In this document: positions 12,391 through 19,670 of the stretch, one piece after another | How the letters are laid out: each line of letters begins with the position of its first letter | Numbering within the stretch: the first letter of the stretch is position 1 | DNA from: a virus | Lineage: Duplodnaviria > Heunggongvirae > Uroviricota > Caudoviricetes | Length of the DNA stretch: 25,683 nt | Strand: one strand, 5' to 3' | Virus record (IMG/VR): IMGVR_UViG_2579778797_000017 | The notes under the pieces: model-generated | Told to the model about the DNA's origin: nothing | Database searches by the model: none | The model's input: only the letters and a program-made list of their open reading frames with translations | Made by a program: the position numbers and the translations under genes

Positions 12391-13089
12391 TTACTGCGAA
12401 AGTTTGTTAATGGAAAGGAAGCCGCCAAAGTTGCCGACGTTATTGCGAAACTTACAGCCGCTCAGGCATTTGCTGCATTTATCCTTCGTGATATCGGACG
12501 TCGGCTGGTCATATTCATCCGCGACCGCCGGACCGCTATAACCGCACTCATCGCCGCGATAGGTCCAGGTGCAGGTGTTGGCCAGCATGATACGCCCCGG
12601 AAAAACAGAGCCATCCGTTTCAGTCGGTGTGGACAGTACAAAAGAGACACTGACCGCGCTCAGTTCGCTGCACTGCTCGATGCGCCAGCGGCTGATCACC
12701 TCCTGCTCCGGATCGGCTTCGCTGTTTCCGTTGACGAAGTTCACCGCATCCAGAAAACGGGCGTAAACCTTACGCCTGACCACCGTTCCGCCGACCAGAC
12801 TCTGCAGGTCTTCCGCCATCCCGGTGACCATGCCGTGCAGGTTAGAGACCGTCAGTGTCGGACGGGCAGCACTGCCCTTACCGTTCAGTTCAAATCCCGT
12901 CCCCTGAATGGGATACGGCTGATACTGCCACCCCTGCCAGGTGACCGGCTCACCTTTTTCGTTCTGCTCATTACAGAAAAAATAACGTTCACCACCGACC
13001 TCTGTCAGATCGATTTCCCAGAGCACCACCTGGGCTGACTGAGTGAGGCGTGTCGTCTCATGATGTGTTTCCTGTGGAATATCCTGCAT
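12391..13089 (-). CDS. L: Minor tail protein L
   Basis: 232 aa, the length I recall for lambda gpL; Cys-rich C-terminus (DKCSKCLSGCKF). ATG at 13089 preceded by AGGAGG at 6-nt spacing. Confidence 0.9.
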   Translation of the reverse strand: MQDIPQETHHETTRLTQSAQVVLWEIDLTEVGGERYFFCNEQNEKGEPVTWQGWQYQPYPIQGTGFELNGKGSAARPTLTVSNLHGMVTGMAEDLQSLVGGTVVRRKVYARFLDAVNFVNGNSEADPEQEVISRWRIEQCSELSAVSVSFVLSTPTETDGSVFPGRIMLANTCTWTYRGDECGYSGPAVADEYDQPTSDITKDKCSKCLSGCKFRNNVGNFGGFLSINKLSQ

Positions 13090-13098
13090 CAGAGCCTC

Positions 13099-13428
13099 CT
13101 ATGCCACGACCTGTTCAAAATCTGCCGTTATGGTTACCCACAGCGCCCCTACGCTTGCCGACCATTTACGACAAACCACCCTGATCGGCTTCCAGTCATA
13201 AGGTGGCGTCCACTGAAATGCGCGGACGCCACCGTGCCGTTCCAGAAAGGCTTTTAAAGATGGGTGTTCACATTTACGAACACGTATCGTCACGCTGTAA
13301 GTCGACAACTGGTTATTCAGTCCCGCCGCACGACGCTGTTCATAACCATCGCCCAGCTTCACTGTCACCACTTTCGGCTCTGATACCACATTCATATCCG
13401 GGCGCACTTTCCAGTGAAACGTCTCCAT
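13099..13428 (-). CDS. M: Minor tail protein M
   Basis: 109 aa, the length I recall for lambda gpM. Its ATG at 13428 shares one nucleotide with the H stop TAA (13428-13430). Confidence 0.9.
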   Translation of the reverse strand: METFHWKVRPDMNVVSEPKVVTVKLGDGYEQRRAAGLNNQLSTYSVTIRVRKCEHPSLKAFLERHGGVRAFQWTPPYDWKPIRVVCRKWSASVGALWVTITADFEQVVA

Positions 13429-16400
13429 TACCGATATGCTCCACTTAACCGACCACCATCACGGGCCTGCTGTTGCATAAAGTCCGCTGCCGCTTTTTTC
13501 CCAAGGTCATAAACCACCTTCAGGGCAGCCGGACCTATCTGCCCGTTCGTGCCATCGTTATTGATCTCGATGTTGTACTGCGGGGCAAACATCGCCATAC
13601 CTGAACCACCAATATCCGCCACAACCCCCAGCTTACCGTCAGCACCACGACGCAGAGGCAGAATGGCTTCAGGTCCCGCTTCACCCATCACACCCGCGCC
13701 TTTTGCAAAAGCAAAAAACGTCGGACGGTTAACCACCGTGCCACTGTAACGACTCAAATCAGCAGACTGATAAATCCCCCCATTGGCATTCAGGGAAAGG
13801 CTGCTGAGATCAAATCCCAGTACACTGCCAATCCCTTTTATCGATTTCATCATGGTTGCCTGCGCCAGGATTTTCGCCATATCTGACAGCACAGAAGAGG
13901 TGAAGGATTTGAAATTGAGTTTGCCGGTAGTGACAAAAGTTGCCAGGCCATTTCCCATGTTGCTGAAGGCTGACGAGAACCCCTGTTCTGCTGTTCCTGC
14001 CGTATTATCTGCATCCACGGTAAAATCCTGAAATGCACGCAGGACTCCGTTTTTCCAGTTACCCTGCACAACTTCAAGCTGTTGCCAGTAACGGCGATTC
14101 TCATTCAGTTGTCGGTTCAGGCTCTCCGTCAGCGCCTGCTCGGCCTTTCTGTAGTCATCCGTGTTATATGTCCCTTTCTGCTCACTATCCCGCCTCAACT
14201 GCTCCAGCTGTTGCTGGTATTTCTGGCGAAGACTCAGTTGTACCTGATATCGCTGCCGCTGCTGATCACCCATACCCACCGTGGCGATATCCAGGTCATG
14301 TTGCTGACGCTGAGCGCGCTCTTCTTCAGCCAGTTGACTGGTCAGCTGAATTGTTTTTTTCTTCAGATCGTTGAGTGCCGTCTGTTTCTGAAGCTCCTGC
14401 TGTTTTACATCCAGCAGCGTCAGTGCCTGAATCAGTTCATCTTTACGGGCCAGCACACTCTTTTCATCTGCCGTCAGTTTTTTCCCGTCCAGATCGCTGA
14501 TGCGCTGCTGCAGAGCCAGAAGCTGTTTATGCGCTTCTGTCATCTTTTCAGTGGCAATGCCTGCTGACTGTCTTGCAGCAGCAATCTGTCCTTCCACCTG
14601 TGCCTGTTGCTGACTGTACTGCAGCAATAACCGGGTGGCCTCATCATTACGGGTTTCGCGTGTTTTTTTCTTACCGGATGCCAGGGCTTTCTCGTAACGT
14701 TCATTTTCACGTTGTATCGCTGCATCCCTGACAGCCTGATCGGCGTACTGCATGGAATTAATACGCGCAATTTCACGCTGATGTCGTGCTGCTTCCGTTT
14801 CATTCATCCGGTTCAGTGCAGCATTTTCAGCATTACGTCGTTTCTGTTGCTCCTGATAATTCCGCTCTGCCTGCTCTTTTGCATCCTGCAAATCCTTCTG
14901 GCGTTTTTTCTCCTGAAGATCGTTAAGACGCTGCTGATCGTATTCAACCTGAGAAGATGATGCCGTCCAGGGGAGTCTTTTCGCCCGCGACACTTTCTCC
15001 TGTAAAGCGGCAATCTGTTCATCCAGCGAGTCTTCACGACCAATATTCATGGCCGCATCCCAGAAACGACTCCACAAATCAGACAGATACTTCAGCGTAC
15101 TGCCAAGCGCATTGAGGTTATTATCAATATCCGCAGTACGCCGACCGGTTTCCTCTGCCAGTGCAGACATGGCTATCCGTGCAGCATCACTGGACCGTCC
15201 CTGATCCCCAAGGACACGTATCTGCTCAAGCTGAGTGGCAGTAAGAAAATGCAGCTCATTGTCCAGAGCCTTCGCGGCATTTACAGGATCATCCTTCAGC
15301 CGCTTAAACTGATTTATGGTATCGCTGACCGACTGGCCAACCGATCGCTCCATCTGTGCGGCAGCTCTCGCCACCATACCGATATCGTTTCCACGAAATG
15401 CACCACTCCCCACCACCTGAGCCAGCGCACCGGCTGCAGCATGTTGCGTGATACCATTCCCGGAAATAGCACGACTGAGCGTCCACAGCTGCCCGGCAGT
15501 GACTCCGGCATAATGCCCCGTCAGCGACAACTGGCGGTTAAATTCTTCCCCCTCCTTCTGACCGTCATACCAGGCTTTACCCAGACCATAGACGGACGCG
15601 GCAATACCGCCAATAACCCCGCCAAGCATCATGCCTTTCGGTGACATCAGAGTGTCTATCCATCCGGCACGGTTAGCCAGCGTTATCCCGGATCCCCTCA
15701 GCGCCCCTAAATTGCCGCGGGCCAGTTCACCTATCAGAACGCCTATCTCCTGGCGGGCCGCTGCACTTTTCAGACCCAGCGAATGCGTGGCTTTTCCTGC
15801 CTGCTCCATTTTGCGGATATACACTTCTGCAGCACTGCTTACCCCCAGCTGGGCAGCCTTAGCACGAAGCAACTCAGAAGAAGAAAGATTCTGGCGGGTT
15901 GCCTGCTCTTTAAGCTGACGGATAAACGCCACTTTCTGTCGGGTAGCCTCTTCCTCAGCCTGCGTAAGAACACGGGTTTTCGCCGTAACCTCAGAAATCA
16001 GCGCCAGATAATCCTGCTGACCAATCCCGCCACTGTTTCTGGCCTGTCGGATCTGCTGCTGAATACGCTGTAATTCCTGCAGCCCCGCACTGGCCTGTTT
16101 CACACTGTCAATCTGACGATAAAACGCGGCAGCCGCTTTATCCTGAGCCTCCGCCAGAGCCATGGCCTGCGCCTGTTCCTCGCGCATTTTCTGGCTCAGT
16201 GCCTCCATACGCTGGCGGGTTTGCTCCACCTCGCGGGCCATGCGTTCATGAGCCTGTGCGCTCTTCTCCACCGTCTGCGCATGGACGGATGCGGCTGTTG
16301 CAGCCGAAGAAGCCGCCTGCATTGTCTGCCGGGCGGCCTGAGTCTGACGCTCCATAAAACGCTGCATACGGGCAGAAGACCGTTCTGCATCGCTGGCTGC

Positions 16401-16493
16401 ACCATTCAGAAGGTTTTTGATACGGGGAATTTCATTTTTAAACTCTGCCGCATCAATCCCCAAATCAATGACCAGGTTGGCTATCTGGTCCAT
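13428..16493 (-). CDS. H: Tail tape measure protein H
   Basis: Track ORF starts at TTG 16523; the ATG at 16493 is preceded by GGAGGTG and gives MDQIANLVIDLGIDAAEF. 1021 aa, long coiled-coil-like Q/E/R/K-rich centre; C-terminus (...NNDGTNGQIGPAALKVVYD...DGGRLSGAYR) resembles lambda gpH. Confidence 0.9.
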   Translation of the reverse strand: MDQIANLVIDLGIDAAEFKNEIPRIKNLLNGAASDAERSSARMQRFMERQTQAARQTMQAASSAATAASVHAQTVEKSAQAHERMAREVEQTRQRMEALSQKMREEQAQAMALAEAQDKAAAAFYRQIDSVKQASAGLQELQRIQQQIRQARNSGGIGQQDYLALISEVTAKTRVLTQAEEEATRQKVAFIRQLKEQATRQNLSSSELLRAKAAQLGVSSAAEVYIRKMEQAGKATHSLGLKSAAARQEIGVLIGELARGNLGALRGSGITLANRAGWIDTLMSPKGMMLGGVIGGIAASVYGLGKAWYDGQKEGEEFNRQLSLTGHYAGVTAGQLWTLSRAISGNGITQHAAAGALAQVVGSGAFRGNDIGMVARAAAQMERSVGQSVSDTINQFKRLKDDPVNAAKALDNELHFLTATQLEQIRVLGDQGRSSDAARIAMSALAEETGRRTADIDNNLNALGSTLKYLSDLWSRFWDAAMNIGREDSLDEQIAALQEKVSRAKRLPWTASSSQVEYDQQRLNDLQEKKRQKDLQDAKEQAERNYQEQQKRRNAENAALNRMNETEAARHQREIARINSMQYADQAVRDAAIQRENERYEKALASGKKKTRETRNDEATRLLLQYSQQQAQVEGQIAAARQSAGIATEKMTEAHKQLLALQQRISDLDGKKLTADEKSVLARKDELIQALTLLDVKQQELQKQTALNDLKKKTIQLTSQLAEEERAQRQQHDLDIATVGMGDQQRQRYQVQLSLRQKYQQQLEQLRRDSEQKGTYNTDDYRKAEQALTESLNRQLNENRRYWQQLEVVQGNWKNGVLRAFQDFTVDADNTAGTAEQGFSSAFSNMGNGLATFVTTGKLNFKSFTSSVLSDMAKILAQATMMKSIKGIGSVLGFDLSSLSLNANGGIYQSADLSRYSGTVVNRPTFFAFAKGAGVMGEAGPEAILPLRRGADGKLGVVADIGGSGMAMFAPQYNIEINNDGTNGQIGPAALKVVYDLGKKAAADFMQQQARDGGRLSGAYR

Positions 16494-17189
16494 AACGCAC
16501 ACCTCCGGAAATACCTTCCCCAAGATGCATCAGTTCTTCGTCCGTTCGCTCCGGTATCCCGTTCTCTTCCGGTAAAAGGCTGAAATCAGCCACCGCAGCA
16601 TCACTGCTACCGGACACCATTCTCACGATCAATGCCTTCAGCGAGGCAAACTGCGCATCCATCCACACATCACTGAAGCTCTGCATCCGGAAATAATCGC
16701 CCCACTCACCAAGCTCAGTGGCCGACATTTCCGACAGCATCCGCCGCCAGTCTGCCCGCCGGAACTCCCGGGCAAGCCGCATGACAAACTGCATTTCCCG
16801 CGTCAGGACTTTTCCGGCGTCAGCACCTCATGCTCCAAATCCCCGGCATTCTCAATGACTCCCATACCGCTCAGCGACAGAACCATCTCCGCCCCCGCTC
16901 CCAGGGCATCATACGACCATGTTGTAATAACGGATGCGCAAAGCGTCTCAACATCCTGAGACTGTTCCGCATTCCACAGTGAGCGGGAAACCAGCCAGGC
17001 ATTGATATCCATCCCCATCCGCAGAAAAGCAATCTGTCGTTCAGCCTCCGGCAGTTCTCCCTCTTCGGCATCAAACTTTGCCGTTCGCTGCTGAACAAAC
17101 GCCAGATATTCAATTCTCTGCAGCCCGGACAGCTCACTGAGCACCACGGACTGCTTTTCATAATTAAACGTGCCCTGTTTCAGAAACAT
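16465..17189 (-). CDS. GT: Tail assembly chaperone G-T fusion, made by programmed -1 ribosomal frameshift near the end of G
   Basis: The T frame (track ORF 16465..16794) is open upstream to a TGA at 16828-16830 and overlaps the last 22 nt of G in the -1 frame. The only possible shift window contains GGAAAAG (complement of 16809-16815). Same arrangement as lambda G/G-T. Confidence 0.7.
16803..17189 (-). CDS. G: Tail assembly chaperone G
   Basis: Track ORF begins at TTG 17231; tandem ATGs at 17192 and 17189 follow GGAG (complement of 17196-17199) and give M(M)FLKQGTFNYEKQ. The C-terminal part (...EMVLSLSGMGVIE...) matches lambda gpG as recalled. Ends ...LTPEKS, TGA at 16803-16805. Confidence 0.85.
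   Translation of the reverse strand: MFLKQGTFNYEKQSVVLSELSGLQRIEYLAFVQQRTAKFDAEEGELPEAERQIAFLRMGMDINAWLVSRSLWNAEQSQDVETLCASVITTWSYDALGAGAEMVLSLSGMGVIENAGDLEHEVLTPEKS
16809..16815 (-). other. Candidate -1 frameshift slippery heptamer G GAA AAG
   Basis: Minus-strand sequence ...CCG GAA AAG TCC TGA in the G frame; after a -1 slip reads GGA AAA GTC CTG... in the T frame. One base different from the lambda heptamer G GGA AAG as I recall it. Confidence 0.55.
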
Positions 17190-17205
17190 CATGTTCTCCA
17201 CCTGC

Positions 17206-17229
17206 AAAAAAGCCCCGGATAACCGGGGC
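17206..17229 (-). terminator. Intrinsic terminator between major tail gene V and chaperone gene G
   Basis: On the minus strand: stem GCCCCGG / CCGGGGC (plus 17212-17218 and 17223-17229), 4-nt loop, then TTTTTT (complement of 17206-17211), followed by GCAGGTGGAGAAC and the G start. Confidence 0.55.
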
Positions 17230-17249
17230 AAATGATGAGTATCGTCCTG

Positions 17250-17993
17250 TTAACCTGCGGCGCTGACAGCCACCGCAGCCACTGCCACAAAATCGCCGTC
17301 AGAAGTCATGCCCACAATGCTGACACTGCCCTGCTTCACGCCTTTCACCGTGGCCACAAGCCCGTTCAGGGTCACCGTGGCAGTCTGTGGATCTGTCGAA
17401 TGCACACTGATCGCTTTGTCACTGGCTCCGTCAGGTTTTACTGTAAAGGTCAGCGTGGTGGTTGCTCCCACTTTTACACTGGCAGATGCCGGTGCCACCG
17501 TCAGCCCGGTAACGCTCACTGTTTCAGTGCCTTCCTCTGCCAGATACGGACGCCCCACACCGCTGATTTTCACTGTGCGGGTCATCACGTCTTTTGAGGC
17601 AATGGTTTTACCCAGTGAGCTCAGCCAGCCACGGAAAACATCAACAGTGCCGTTGGGATATTTGATACGAAACGCGCAGACTTCACCGGAGTCGAACAAC
17701 TGAACCAGTTTTTTCTGCCCGCTGTCACCCGGACGCCAGGCCAGCGTCGCCGAAGTATCACCGACGGATTTCTGCCCCTGGGTTGTCGTTTTCCAGTCTG
17801 CATCTTCATCATCGAGATAAGTGTCATCTTCTGCATCAGCGGTCATTTCGCCAGGTTGCAGATCCTTCACCATCGCAAGACGCAGCCAGTCAGTGTCCGA
17901 TAAAGGGTTCGCAAACGCATCGCCCTTGCCGGTGTACATCCAGAACGTCGTTCCCGCACCTTTCGTTTTTGCCAGTGGATTTGGTGTGGTCAT
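17250..17993 (-). CDS. V: Major tail protein V with C-terminal Ig-like domain
   Basis: Track ORF starts at GTG 17999; the ATG at 17993 is preceded by AAGGAGGTG and gives MTTPNPLAKTKGAGTTFWMYTGKGDAFANPLSD, aligning with lambda gpV (M-x-x-PNP...KGAGTT). C-terminal roughly 90 aa are Ig-like (TVTGLTVAPASASVKVGATTTLTFTVKP...). Confidence 0.9.
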   Translation of the reverse strand: MTTPNPLAKTKGAGTTFWMYTGKGDAFANPLSDTDWLRLAMVKDLQPGEMTADAEDDTYLDDEDADWKTTTQGQKSVGDTSATLAWRPGDSGQKKLVQLFDSGEVCAFRIKYPNGTVDVFRGWLSSLGKTIASKDVMTRTVKISGVGRPYLAEEGTETVSVTGLTVAPASASVKVGATTTLTFTVKPDGASDKAISVHSTDPQTATVTLNGLVATVKGVKQGSVSIVGMTSDGDFVAVAAVAVSAAG

Positions 17994-18004
17994 TGCCACC
18001 TCCT

Positions 18005-18406
18005 TTAATTCGTGTACGTGATCTGGTACGTGATTTCCGCCATCGCCCAGGTGGCCATCTCATTATCACGTTGATAGTTAAAACCGAGAGGGATCAGGGT
18101 GTCGATGAGTCCGGAAAGTGCCGGTATATCATTCAGGGCCGGGAAAATGGTGCTCTCCATCCACATATCCAGCTCTGAATCCGGTGCCTGTGCCCGGATG
18201 AAGACAGCAATATGCAGAACAGCCTGCCAGTCATCTTCATCCGTCATTTTTCCGGTGTACTGAGCATCACTCAGCCACACCGCCACGGCAGGCAGTTCCT
18301 GCGCATCAATAAATGCCGGAAGCCCGTCAAAAAACGTGGCGCTGTCTCCACACTGTTCCCGAAGGCGTGCCAGTACGGCCTGGCGGATTTGTGTATGTCG
18401 GTTCAT
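18005..18406 (-). CDS. U: Tail terminator protein U
   Basis: Track ORF starts at 18418; the ATG at 18406 overlaps the Z stop as ATGA (translational coupling) and gives about 133 aa (MNRHTQIRQAVLARL...), close to the 131 aa I recall for lambda gpU. Shares the ATFFDG...PAVAV...DSELD.WMES motifs. Confidence 0.85.
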   Translation of the reverse strand: MNRHTQIRQAVLARLREQCGDSATFFDGLPAFIDAQELPAVAVWLSDAQYTGKMTDEDDWQAVLHIAVFIRAQAPDSELDMWMESTIFPALNDIPALSGLIDTLIPLGFNYQRDNEMATWAMAEITYQITYTN

Positions 18407-18981
18407 CGGGTCAGCCATAACCTCAGTTGTTGTTTCAGTGCATACCCCAGCTGTTTCGGCATTTCCGCAGCAATAATGCGGTCGCGGGCATCTTCAAATG
18501 CCTGTGTCAGCTGTCCGGACAGCGGGACTTTCACCACATCAATGGGGTAACGATTTTTGCCATCAATACGCCGCATCACATGCCAGCGACCATTCGCCAG
18601 TTGCTGAATAAACGCATCCCGGAAAAGATATTTACCCACCTTCAGCACACTGCCACGGTACTGCAGTTTTCCACCACGCCGGGCCAGTCTGACCCGGGCT
18701 GTCCCCAGCTTAATAGCGGGCAGATTGCCCCGGTTAACGCGGATCCTGGCCGTCATTTTTCCTGACGGACTGGCTTTAAACACCCGGACACGCTGACGTA
18801 CCAGTTTCAGGGGGATCCCTTTCACCTGGTTATCTCCCGCAACGGTATTCCCGGCAACCTGCCGGGTGGCGACCGAGACCGCTTTCTGTGCCACACGGTT
18901 TATCGCCCATGCGCTGGCCTGTGGCACCATACGGGTATCAAGGCTGTTCAGATTACGGATGGCATTCTCAAGCCCCTTCAT
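18403..18981 (-). CDS. Z: Tail completion protein Z
   Basis: 192 aa, the length I recall for lambda gpZ. ATG at 18981 preceded by AGAGGTG at 5-nt spacing. Confidence 0.9.
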   Translation of the reverse strand: MKGLENAIRNLNSLDTRMVPQASAWAINRVAQKAVSVATRQVAGNTVAGDNQVKGIPLKLVRQRVRVFKASPSGKMTARIRVNRGNLPAIKLGTARVRLARRGGKLQYRGSVLKVGKYLFRDAFIQQLANGRWHVMRRIDGKNRYPIDVVKVPLSGQLTQAFEDARDRIIAAEMPKQLGYALKQQLRLWLTR

Positions 18982-18992
18982 CCCACACCTCT

Positions 18993-19268
18993 TTACTCAA
19001 TAAAGATCATTGGCTTACCGTTAAAACGTTCATGCCGTGTGACCGTCCATTGTTGTCCGTCATAAACAACGCGATCCCCGCGCCGTGGGCGGTATCCCGA
19101 AGAAAACACCACCAGAGAGACCGCAGGTCCTGACAGAGCATTCAGCTCTGCCAGTGTTTCTCCCGGGATCACAGTCATATCGACATCATTAATCGAGGCT
19201 GTCTTTCCCATCTTTCTAACCGTGATAGCATCCATACGCGCTGCCAGCCGGGAAAAGGGATCAGACAT
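18993..19268 (-). CDS. Hypothetical 91-aa virion protein at the FI/FII position (candidate head-tail adaptor / head completion protein)
   Basis: ATG at 19268; lies between the decoration-like gene and Z, tightly packed (11 nt before the Z start). No confident similarity to lambda FI or FII from memory; assignment is by position only. Confidence 0.45.
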   Translation of the reverse strand: MSDPFSRLAARMDAITVRKMGKTASINDVDMTVIPGETLAELNALSGPAVSLVVFSSGYRPRRGDRVVYDGQQWTVTRHERFNGKPMIFIE

Positions 19269-19584
19269 TGAGTTTTACCGGCACTTCTTCTGCACTGGTT
19301 CCGGCATCTGCCCAGACAACCCCGACCAGCGGATCAGAGCCGCTGTTAGTCAGCTGAACTTTTCCGGACTTCAGATAAACCTTCTTACCCGTTTTCATGT
19401 CATCCGTTTTCAGCTTAGGCAGCATAAACACACCTTCGGTCATGCCGTCGCCTGTTTCACCCTGTGGAATATCGGTCAGCGCCACCGCAAAAACATCGCC
19501 CACCTGCACCAGATCTCCGCTGCTGATGGCTGCACTGGCAACAATCGCCACCGTTTTTCCTTCTTCTACAAAATTCTTTGCCAT
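19261..19584 (-). CDS. Small head-decoration-like protein (DUF2190-like), 107 aa
   Basis: Track ORF starts at TTG 19629; the ATG at 19584 is preceded by GGAG at 7-nt spacing and gives MAKNFVEEGKTVAIVASAAISSGDLVQVGD... Immediately downstream of the capsid gene. Family assignment is from memory of the sequence pattern and is tentative. Confidence 0.5.
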   Translation of the reverse strand: MAKNFVEEGKTVAIVASAAISSGDLVQVGDVFAVALTDIPQGETGDGMTEGVFMLPKLKTDDMKTGKKVYLKSGKVQLTNSGSDPLVGVVWADAGTSAEEVPVKLNV

Positions 19585-19627
19585 AACTGTCTCCGCACAG
19601 CCCCGTTCAGGGGCTGATTTCAGGTAC

Positions 19628-19646
19628 AAAAAAAGCCCTTACGGGC
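19628..19646 (-). terminator. Short GC hairpin with GNRA tetraloop plus U7: candidate attenuator/terminator after the capsid gene
   Basis: On the minus strand: GCCC-GTAA-GGGC (complement of 19635-19646) followed by TTTTTTT (complement of 19628-19634). A second 7-bp hairpin CAGCCCC/GGGGCTG (19598-19616) lies just upstream of the decoration-gene SD. Confidence 0.35.
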
Positions 19647-19670
19647 CATCAGAGTTGTTGTCTGCGACGT

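Noticed and set aside
16523-16523. Track start positions at 16523 (H), 17231 (G), 12428 (K), 17999 (V), 6914 (stf) and 19629 (decoration-like)
   Set aside because: These first codons are TTG or GTG with no SD; nearby downstream ATGs have good SD motifs and reproduce the lambda N-termini, so the longer extensions were not used.
13549-16583. Multiple 60-160-aa ORFs antisense to, or in alternative frames of, the tape measure gene
   Set aside because: All lie inside the continuous H reading frame, which has conserved termini; no supporting start signals.
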